This document shows positions 53,956-64,000 of a stretch of DNA of 64,000 nucleotides, in pieces. Each line of letters begins with the position of its first letter. Within the stretch, counting starts at the first letter, position 1. The notes under the pieces were generated by a model that was not told the origin of the DNA, searched no databases, and saw only the letters and a program-made list of their open reading frames with translations. A program made the position numbers and the translations under genes. This DNA comes from Octopus vulgaris (Eukaryota): assembly GCA_951406725.2 (NCBI GenBank), contig OX597833.1:13702001-13766000 (forward strand). Reading direction: 5' to 3'.

Positions 53956-54953
53956 AGAAAGAGATATGTGTGTGTGCTTGTGTAATGTGCAAGCGTGGCT
54001 GCGTGGTTAAGAAGCTTGCATTACAATCACATGGCTGCAGGTTCAGTTCCCGTGCACTGCACCCTTGGCATATTTGTTTTCTACTACAGAAACTGCCAAG
54101 ACGTCTCATACTCATCTCCTCAACCCCCCTCTGTCAGCCTTACCACTTTTCTGTTCCCTCTCTTCTTCACATTAATTAACCCCTGTCGTTAATCTTCCAA
54201 ACACCACAACCACCACCACCACCAACAACAACAACAGCCAAATAGCAACAACAATATTAGCTAGAAATAGCAGCCAAATCACTCTCAGATTTTACCTAAC
54301 CATTGTAATATATATAAAAAAAAAACACCAAGGGGTGCATTGGATAGTGTAGTCCTTGATGGACAATGCCGGAGAGACACATGGGATGGTCATAACTAGA
54401 ATGACTTTGATTGTAAGTTAAGACTTAATTGTGACTGACCTAGGGCTAAACACCATCATCAGCATCACCATAAACATCATTGCTATCTCCAACAACAATA
54501 TCATTAATTGACATCAATAACAACAACCAACCAATGACAGAGTTTGTATGTGGTTGTTTGAACAGCTAGAAATAGCAGTCAATAGTTTTTTTTCCAACTT
54601 ACATCTAGTGCCGGTGGCACATAAGAGAACCGTTCGAACGTGGCCATTGCCACGTACTTATTCCATCGGTCTCTTTTGCCGAAGCGCTAAGTAACGGGGA
54701 CATAAACACACCAGCATCGGTTGTCAAGCAATGCTAGGGGGACAAACACAGATACACAAATACACACACGCATATATATATATACATATATACGATGGGC
54801 TTCTTTCAGTTTCCGTCTACCAAATCCACTCACAAGGCTTTGGTCGGGCCGAGGCTATAGTAGAAGACACTTGCCCAAGGTGCCATGCAGTGGGACTGAA
54901 CCCGGAACCATGTGGTTGGTAAACAAGATACTTACCACACAGCCACTCCTGCG

Positions 54954-55031
<78 letters not shown>

Positions 55032-56832
55032 TACGACGGGTTTCTTTCAGTTTCTGTCTACCAAATCCACTCACAAGGCTTTGGTCGGGCCGAGGCTATA
55101 GTAGAAGACACTTGCCCAAGGTGCCACGCAGTGGGACTGAACCCAGAACCATGTGGTTGGTAAACTAGCTCCTAACCACACAGCCACTCCTGTGCATTGG
55201 TGGCATGGAGAGGAGGAGGCCAAGATATATGGGCAACTGCTGGTCTTCCATAAACAACCTTGCCTGGACTTATGCCTCAGAGGGGAACTTTCTAGGTGCC
55301 GTCCCCTGGTCATTGAATGAAGGGTTATTATTATGTCCACACAGCACAAAACATGAAACACCAAGAGACTGCTCTTCAAATGTGAAGAACAACCACCTGC
55401 TGCGGTTGCAACCATCAAACACCCCCACCATTACTACCACTGTTGCCAACGCTGCTACCACCGTCACCACCATTGTTGCCACTGCCACCATCAACAATCA
55501 GTTACCAACACTGGTTCCACCACAACCACCACCACCACAATCATCACTGGGACCACCACCACCACAATCATCACTGGGACCACCACCACCACCACCAACA
55601 ACAACAACATCACTACCGCAGCCTGTCGTCACCACCACCACCTCCAACAACCATTATGATCAACATCAACCACCACTACCACCAACACCCCCACTATCAC
55701 AACAACCACTACCACCACCACCACAATCATCACAGGACCACCACCACCAACAACAACCATTATGATCAACATCAACCACCACTGCCACCATCACCACCAC
55801 TACCACCACCACAATCATCACGGGGGGGGGGGACCACCACCAACAACAACAAGATCACTACTGCAGCCTGTCATCACCACCACCACCAACAACAACCATT
55901 ATCATCAACATCAACCACCACTATCACAACTACCACTACCACCACCACCACCACCACTATAATTCCTCCACTGTCCATGAACCTTGTGTACCCCAGACCC
56001 CCATACCCCACCCCTGCAAATCGTCTTCATTGAGTAAAATACGAAACGGATCTCTCAACATGCAACGTAGTCAATCCGACCAGTGGAAATACCAATAATC
56101 TCTACTAATCCAATCAAAACTAAGATCCATTCATTGATTCTAATGGATTCCACCACTCCAGTACATTGCTCCATACTATATCACGCACCTCGCAACGGCC
56201 ATGCTGGAGCAGATTACATTGTTCTTACTATCTCTTTTCTTTTACTTCTTTCAGTCATTTGACTGCGGCCATGCTGGAGCATCGCCTTTAATCGAGCAAC
56301 TCGACCCCGGGACTTATTCTTTTGTAAGCCCAGTACTTATTCCATCGGTCTCTTTTGCCGAACCGCTAAGTAACAGGGACATAAACACACCAGCATCGGT
56401 TGTTAAGCAATGCTAGGGGGACAAACACAGATACACAAACACACACACACATATATACACGACGGGCTTCTTTCAGTTTCCGTCTACCAAATCCACTCAC
56501 AAGGCTTTGGTAGGCCCGAGGCTATAGTAGAAGACACTTGCCCAAGGTGCCATGCAGTGGGACTGAACCCGGAACCATGTGGTTGGTAAGCAAGCTACTT
56601 ACCACACAGCCACTCCTGCGCCTATGTATATTATATGTGGTCAGAAGATGCAATGCAAGGCTGCACAGAGGGGTAAAGTGATGAAATCGAAGGGATAAAG
56701 GAGTATGTCTACCTAGGGGTACACAGCAAATGTGCACTGTGATAAGGATGCTAAAATCTTTAAGAGAACAAGAGCAAGATGGAAGGTATTTGACCGTTTA
56801 GCATTCAAATTATTCTCTCAAATTTAATGCTT

Positions 56833-57453
56833 GGATCTTTTCCTTTTGAATGGCAGATGTCAACACAATTTCTAGTTAACTAAACACTTTAAAACTGCGA
56901 ATACTGGTAGAATGTGTCAAAATAAAACATTTTTTTCTCTTGGCTTTCTTGAGAAAATTGTAATTCGTTTGTTTAACGTAGTTTAATTTTTCGAATTTTA
57001 ACCAATGAATCGCCTCTAATTGAGCTAAAATCATTTGCTGCGTCTAAAACTGAGAGCGTGTGTATAAAATTATAGAATTATTTTGTTTGTTAATTGTTTA
57101 AATTATTTTCCGTTGCTTTTGTTGTTTTTGCACGCATAACAATTAAGTTAATTTAACAATAAGGAAAAAAAAAATTTAGGGTTAGGGTTAGGCTGAGGTG
57201 TAGGGTTAGTGACAGGATGTTGTCTCAGTTTTAGACGCAGCAAATGATTTTAGCTCAATGGAGGTAATCGATTGGTTTAAATTGCCAAAATGCTCGAAAT
57301 TTCAGACGAAATATCTTACAAACTATAGAATTTTCTCAATAAAACCAAGAGAAAATGATGTTTTATAAACACATTCTACCAGTATATGAAGTTTAAAACT
57401 TTTTAGTTACCTAGAAATTATGTTACAAAGTGCCGTTCAAAAGGAAAAGATCC
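56833..57453. mobile_element. Long-TIR MITE, Merlin-like, related to 37870-38611
   Basis: Termini GGATCTTTTCC...GGAAAAGATCC, perfect 8-bp TSD TAATGCTT, central ttagggttagggttagg. Confidence 0.85.
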
Positions 57454-58698
57454 TAATGCTTATATATTTACGTTAAATAAGCATTATTTAAATAAGTAAT
57501 GCTTATTTATTTAAATAAGCATTGAATAAATTTAATGCTTATTTATTTATATAAATAACAGTAAATATTTACGTTATTTACGTATAAATAAGCATTTATT
57601 TATACGTAAATAAACGCTTATTTATTTACGTTATACGTAAATAAATAATGCTTATTTATTTATGTATGGTACTCTTAGTGGAGTGCTAAGAGAACCATAC
57701 GAGCTTGATCGTTGCCAGAGCAACAAGCTGGCCTCCGTACCGATGGGCACATAAAAAGCACCATTCAAGCATGATCATTACCTGTGTCACCTTACTGGCA
57801 CTTGTGCGGGTGGCACGTCGAAAAAATCATTCGAGCGAGGTCGTTGCCAGTGCCGCTGGACTGGCTCCGGTGCAGGTGGCACATAAAAAGCACCATTTGA
57901 GCATGGCCGCTGCCAGTACTACCTGACTGGCCCTTGTACCAGTGGCACGTAAAAGCACCCACTACACTCTCGGAGTGGTTGGCGTTAGGAAGGGCATCCA
58001 GCTGTAGAAAGTCTTGCAGATCAGATTGGAGCCTGGTGCACCCATCTGGTTCGCCAGACCTCAGTCAAATCGTCCAACCCATGCTAGCATGGAAAGTGGA
58101 TGTTAAACGATGATGATGATGATGATGTTGTTGTCTTAGGAATTAGTTGCTGTGTGCAAGAGAGGAAACTGCACCGGATTGGTCATGTGATGCATCCAGC
58201 CATAGAAACCATACCAAATCAGACTGGATTCTGGTGCATCTCCCCAGCTTGCCAGCTCTGGTCACACCATCCAACCCATACCAGCATGGTCAACAGGCAT
58301 TAAATGATAATTATGTCTTGAATTAATCATACATTATCTCATAGCTTTGAGATTTCAACGACGAGATTGTTTATTTTTAGAATGACATTGCAGAGTGGGT
58401 GTGAGATGTTGTATCTGACCAGAGACAGAATATTTTGGCCAAATATGGTCAGTTTGAATGCTAATGGGTTAACTCAGTAAAGGACATGCTCCAAATAAAG
58501 ATAGATGATTCCATGAGTGCCAAACTCTTAACCTTCGTAACTGGTCCAAATGATATAAACTGAAAAGGACTTTGTCAATCCATCAACCTGATGAAACAAA
58601 TGCTGTCAATGGCTGGTTTTGAAGTGTGACAGCCAATCAGAGATCATCTTTCAGTTGATGTATCTCAACAGAAAAAAAAAAAATTGGGATTCCAAACA

Positions 58699-59021
58699 CA
58701 CCAGCTGTCAAGTGGTAGTGAGGGCACAAACACACACACACACTCACTCATATATATGTGATGGGCTTCTTTTAGTTTCTGTCCACCAAATCCCCTTACA
58801 AGGCCTGGGGTCCACTAAAGGCCTGGGGCCATAGTGGAAGATATTTATCCAATTTGCTACACCAGCTGTCAAGTGGTAGTGAGGGCACAAACACACACAC
58901 ACACTCACTCATATATATGTGATGGGCTTCTTTTAGTTTCTGTCCACCAAATCCCCTTACAAGGCCTGGGGTCCACTAAAGGCCTGGGGCCATAGTGGAA
59001 GATATTTATCCAATTTGCTAC
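58699..59021 (+). repeat. Recent 161-bp tandem duplication of a degraded SINE family 1 fragment
   Basis: ccagctgtcaagtggtagtgagggcac starts at 58701 and 58862; the two units are near-identical, including private mutations. Confidence 0.85.
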
Positions 59022-60175
59022 ACCGTGGGGCTGGACTCAATACCACATGGTTAGGAAATAAGTTTCATAACCACACAGCCATGGTGGTGATGGTGGTGGT
59101 GATGATGGTGGTGGTGATGGTGGTGGTGATGATGGTGGTGGCGGTGGTGGTGATGGTGGTAGTGGTGATGATGGTAGTGGTGATGATGGTGGTGGCGGCG
59201 GTGGTGGTGATGGTGGTAGTGGTGATGATGGTAGTGGTGATGATGGTGGTGGTGGCGGTGATGGTGGTGATGATGGTGGCGGTGATGGTGGTAGTGGTGA
59301 TGGTGATGATGGTGGCAGTGGTGGTGGTGGTGATGGTTGTGGTGGTGGTGATGGTGGTGGTTGCGATAGTGCTAGTGGTGGTAGTGGTAGTAGTGGAGGT
59401 GGTACTCGTGGTGGTGGCAGTGCTAGTGTTGGTGTTGGTTCTGGTGGTTGTGGTACATGGCTGAATAAAGATGAATGAACTATCAGGAAAAAGTGTGGGA
59501 TGGAGAAGGGTGGAGGGGAGTCGGGGTTGGACGGTCGGTGGGAGGGTGCTTCTCAGGAGGTGGGGGGCGAGGACCTTAGACCCTTCACAATAACTAAACA
59601 ATTCAACCAAAAAAAAAGAGATCAGGTACTGTGCGTTCAGTGACGCGTGCGGTTTATCTCCATCCTCATCTTCCGGCAGAGAAAAAACAAACCTGTTGAT
59701 CTCCCTCAACATCTCCCCCACCCCACCCCTCACTTTCTCCTTCTTCTATTTCCCTCTCTCTGCCTCTCTCTCTCTCTCTCTCTCTGTCTCCCTGTCTATG
59801 CATCTTATCTCCATACCCATCTTCTGTCAGAGAAAGCAAAAACAGTCAACTGCTTTCACTTTGCATCCACTCCTCATCTCTCTCTCTCTCTCCCTTCTCC
59901 TCACGGTTTCACTTTCACTTTCTCTCTCTCTCTCTATCTCTCTCGTTCCTAGTTTCTCACTCACCCTCTCTTCTTCCTCTTCTCTCCGAATGTCCAAACT
60001 GTTCCGCTCCAGCTTCCCGGAGCAGAACAACTCAAGCAAAGACAAGTAGAAAATGATGTTTTATTAACTGAGCAGATCAATTAAGAGCTGGAGAGAGAGA
60101 TAGAGAGAGAGGAGAGAAGAGAGAGGGAGAGAGCAGACAGACAGAGCGGAATAGAGCAGACAAACAGACAAATAA

Positions 60176-60221
<46 letters not shown>

Positions 60222-61005
60222 GGATAGAGTGATATAGTTAGATAGAGAGATATGGAGGCGGTTGAGAGGAACTAAGAGAGAGAGAGTGAGAGAGAGAAAA
60301 GAGAGATAGAGAGAGAGGGAGGGAGAGCAGACAGACAGACAAATAAACACACACACACATATATATAAATGGATATAGTTTAGATAGAGAGACAGAGAGA
60401 GAGAGGAACTAAGAGAGAGAGAGAGAGGTAGAGAGAGGAACTAAGAGAGAGAGAGTGAGAGAGAGAGAAAGAGGAGAGAAGAGAGAGATAGAGAGAGAGG
60501 GAGGGAGAGCAGACAGACAGACAAATAAACACACACACACACATATATAAATGGATATAGTTAGATAGAGAGAGGTAGAGAGAGGAACTAAGAGAGAGAG
60601 AGAGAGGTAGAGAGAGGAACTAAGAGAGAGAGAGAGAGGTAGAGAGAGGAACTAAGAGAGAGAGAGGGGGAAGCTAACAGAGACAGACAGGCAGACATGA
60701 CTATTAAAATCGTGATTCTGCAACACTTATTCTTCAAATACCTGCAAACTATGTAAATATGAGAAATAAAGTGGTGGGGGGGGGAGAAGAAGGCAATGGA
60801 ATTATATTAAGCAAAGAAGGAGAGCATGAGAGAGAAAGGACGAGAGTGAGGAACAGAGAGAGAGAGAGAGTGGGGGGGACAGGGTAAAAAGCAGAGATGA
60901 AGAGAGTAAGAGAGAGAGAGAGAGAGATGGGGGGAGGAGGTGGATTGATGGAGACACTTTAATAAATATTTAATATTAATGGATCTCGTCATGTGTGTCT
61001 TGCAG

Positions 61006-61128
61006 AACCATGTTGAAGAGTTCCAAGTAAATGTCTGTGAAAAATGTCTTCAGGGACAAATCTCTAGAGAGCCAGATGGTACACACACCGTTTGGTTCTA
61101 CCTTTATGTTGGAATATTAATTAAACAG
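61006..61128 (+). other. Candidate 123-nt exon of an unidentified plus-strand transcript
   Basis: tcttgcag acceptor, CAG|gtgaga donor, 41 open codons in phase 0 (NHVEEFQVNVCEKCLQGQISREPDGTHTVWFYLYVGILIKQ). No recognisable homology and a weak pyrimidine tract. Confidence 0.2.
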
Positions 61129-61740
61129 GTGAGAATCGAATGTAGCTGTGCTTCAGGTGATGTTCCTAGGTGAGGTTGAATGGAACCATTGGTAACAGAC
61201 AGAAAGACCAAAACTTGGCAAGTCAGAATGTTCTTCGCAAATATACAAAGGCATCCATCCTGCTAATGGTTTTAAAATGAACCCCAAAGACTGACTGAAG
61301 ATAGCCAGAGGTGGAATAGCATTAATTAAAATATCTTGTAATTTTAACATTCATCATCATTGTTTAATGTCCATTCTCCATGCTAGCATGGGTTGGACGG
61401 TACGACCGGGGATCTGGGAAACCAGAAGACTGCACCAGGCCCCAGTCTGATCTGGCAGTGTTTCTACAGCTGGATGCCCTTCCTAACGCCAACCACTCTG
61501 TGAGTGTAGTGGGTGCTTTTTACGTGCCACCTGCACAGGTGCCAGGCGAGGCTGGCAACGGCCACGATCGGATTGGTGCATTTTATGTGCCACCGGCACG
61601 GAAGCCAGTCAAGGCGGCACTGGCATCGGCCACGATTCGGATGGTGCTTTTTACGTGCCACTGGCACGGAAGCCAGTCCTGAGTTCAAATCTTACCCAGG
61701 TCAACTTTGCCTTTCATTCTTCCAGGACCAGTATTATAAT

Positions 61741-62041
61741 AAACAAGAGCACTCAGAGAGTGCAAACCTCGACCAGTGCAACACCAAAGTCCTCTCAACG
61801 ATTAGCCAGAGATGATTTTTAAAATGAGAATATCTGAAATAAACTCGACTGCTCTCACAAACGAGAATACTAAAAAGGAGCGTGACCGCTCTCAAAAATT
61901 AAGTTAAAAAACAGGAAAAATAATACAGAATTCTTCTCCAGCATCAGATTGATCCCAAGGCCAAACATCACTGAAAGTTTCATCCAAATCCATCCAGTGG
62001 TTCTTAAGATATTTTGCCCATGGACAAACAAACAAACGGAC
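61741..62041 (+). mobile_element. Helentron-associated (HINE/DINE-1-like) non-autonomous element, 3'-truncated
   Basis: Starts aacaagagcac; has the aagtttcatccaaatccatccagtggttc core followed by a (CAAA)n/ggac microsatellite, as seen in molluscan HINE elements. Confidence 0.5.
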
Positions 62042-62477
62042 TTGCTGTCGTAGGATCCCGGTTTCGATTCCCAGACTGGGCGTTGTGAGTGTTTATTGAG
62101 CGAAAACACCTAAACCTCCACAAGGCTCTGGCAGGGGGTGGTGATGATCCCTGCTGTACTCTTTTGCCACAACTTTCTCTCACTCTTTCTTCTGTTGGCC
62201 TGGTCGCTTAGCCAGCGGGGTGGCGTCATTTGAAGGCTAAAACAATGTGAAGTGCATTGTGACCAGCGATGTGTAGCAACATCTGATAGCCTGGTCGGTC
62301 ACGGTGATATATATATATGTGTGTGTGTGCGTGTGTGTATATATATATGTATATGAGTGTGTGTGTATTAAGTGTGTGTATATATATATATATGTGTGTA
62401 TGTATATATATATATGTATGTGTGTTTGTGTGTGTATGAACATCTTGTAGAGAGAGGGGGCGGTGTAAGGAATTTAG

Positions 62478-62675
62478 GAAGGCTAAATTTTTGAAGGCTA
62501 AAACAATGCCAAAGGCTAAATTTTTGAAGGCTAAAACAATGCCAAAGGCTAAATTTTTGAAAGCTAAAACAATGCCAAAGGCAAAATTTTTGAAGGCTAA
62601 AACAATGCCAAAGGCTAAATTTTTGAAGGCTAAAACAATGCCAAAGGCTAAATCTTTGAAGGCTAAAACAATGCC
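62478..62675 (+). repeat. 33-bp minisatellite (about 6 units)
   Basis: Unit tttttgaaggctaaaacaatgccaaaggctaaa; shares ttgaaggctaaaacaatg with the adjacent SINE tail (62230-62306, duplicated at 62656-62733). Confidence 0.85.
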
Positions 62676-62749
62676 AAGTGCATTGTGACCAGCGATGTGT
62701 AGCAACATCTGATACCCTGGTCGGTCACGGTGATATATGTATATATATG

Positions 62750-63018
62750 TACAGGGTGGTTTACAGTTTTTCAACTAATTCTTATGCATTCATATATTAA
62801 CAGTTTAGATCTTAATTATATAAAAAAAAAAAATCTGAAACAATAATTCTGTGCTAATTTAGTTAATTGTAAGATAGAAATTTTAAATGTAATAAAATGC
62901 TTTAAAAGAAATTTCAAGTACTAAAGGCAGTGCTCCAGCATGGCCACAGTCAAATGACTGAAACAAGTAAAAGAGTACCTATGCGATAACCGTAAACCTA
63001 CCTTTGGACCACCCTGTA
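62750..63018. mobile_element. Tc1/mariner-type MITE
   Basis: TA-CAGGGTGGT...ACCACCCTG-TA; contains a SINE 3' fragment at about 62920-62975. Confidence 0.6.
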
Positions 63019-63034
63019 TATATATATATATATC

Positions 63035-63520
63035 ATCATCATCATCATCGTTTAGCATCCGCTTTCCATGCTAGCATGGGTTGGATGGTTCAACTGGGGT
63101 CTGGGAAGCCAGAAGGCTGCACCAGGCCCAGTCTGATCTGGAAATGCTTCTACGGCTGGATGCCCTTCCTAACGCCAACCACTCCATGAGTGTAGTGTGT
63201 GCTTTTTACGTGCCACCGGCACAGGTGCCAGGCGAGTCTGGCAAACAGCCACGATCGGATGGTGCTTTTTACGTGCCACCGGCACAGGTGCCAGACGAGT
63301 CTGGCAAACAGCCACGATCGGATGGTGCTTTTTATGTGCCACAGGCACGGGGGCCAGGCGAGGCTGGCAACGGCCACGAACGGATGGTGCTTTTTATGTG
63401 CCACCGGCACGGGGGCCAGGCGAGGAGGGCAACGGCCACGAACGGATGGTGCTTTTTACGTGCCACCAGCACGGGGGCCAGGTGAGGCTGGCAACGACCA
63501 CGAACGGATGGTGCTTTTTA
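63035..63520 (-). mobile_element. SINE family 3 ((GAT)n tail, internal tandem subunits of about 60 bp), representative copy
   Basis: catcatcgttta...ccatgctagcatggg...ggatgcccttcctaacgccaaccac...gtgccaccggcac repeats. Other copies at about 5385-5700, 22745-22990, 23940-24300, 30200-30665, 31060-31480, 57700-58125 and 61350-61680. Confidence 0.8.
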
Positions 63521-63524
63521 TATT

Positions 63525-63557
<33 letters not shown>

Positions 63558-64000
63558 GTGTGTGTATATAAACACACATACACACACATATACTAGTGGT
63601 ACTCGCCATGCAAATAATTTACTGTACGGTTCTGAGTTGAAATGCAAATAATTACATTTGTGGTTGGGTGAGGATAGATAGCTGTTGGTGAAAAGAGAAA
63701 AAAAATAAAAGCAATGAAAATTCGATTTTTCTCTTATTTTGTAATAAAAATCAAAAGCTTTCGTAGCACTTCTCTGACCCAGTCACTGACTCTGTGTCTG
63801 ATGTATTGGATCAGAAATACGATCGGAAAATAAAGCAAAATAAATGGTACGTTAAGTAGAATATGTGAGTTTAAATGGTTACCTTTACTCTTTCCCTCTC
63901 TGGCTCTACTTATGCACTTCTAAACACACATACACACACACACAAACACATACGTACATATGTGTATATATGAAATTATGTGTTTGTGTGTACGTATATA

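Noticed and set aside
62491-62688. Histone H1-like KAKTMPKAKFL repeat peptide
   Set aside because: Translation of the SINE-derived 33-bp minisatellite.

Overview
AT-rich, repeat-saturated eukaryotic DNA, almost certainly from an octopus (inferred from the SINE families and the dense (TA)n/(TAA)n/(CAT)n/(GA)n microsatellites). Nearly all ORFs in the supplied track are translations of microsatellites or SINEs. The only protein-coding gene I can support is a minus-strand rolling stone (rost)-like multi-pass membrane protein. It has a terminal exon at 21918-22396, an internal exon at 29774-29902 and a probable 30-nt microexon at 39051-39080 that begins with GTAAGT (AG|GTAAGT, a recursive-splice-type site); its N-terminal exons were not found. 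The rest is layered mobile DNA: several SINE families, R4/Dong-like and L1/Tx1-like LINE 3' ends, an internally deleted mariner, Merlin-like MITEs with 8-bp TSDs and central TTAGGG repeats, and a 181-bp tandem array inside a TTAA-type MITE. The most striking signal is a set of minimal type-I hammerhead ribozyme motifs of the Penelope-like-element kind, falling into about four sequence families. One family is a tRNA-headed (Pol III box A/B) SINE carrying a hammerhead. It occurs twice as an asymmetric head-to-head inverted dimer with a roughly 30-nt tail (8733-9386, with a target-site duplication, and 39784-40553), and one arm of the second copy holds three tandem ribozyme units. All family assignments come from motif recognition by eye, without database searches.
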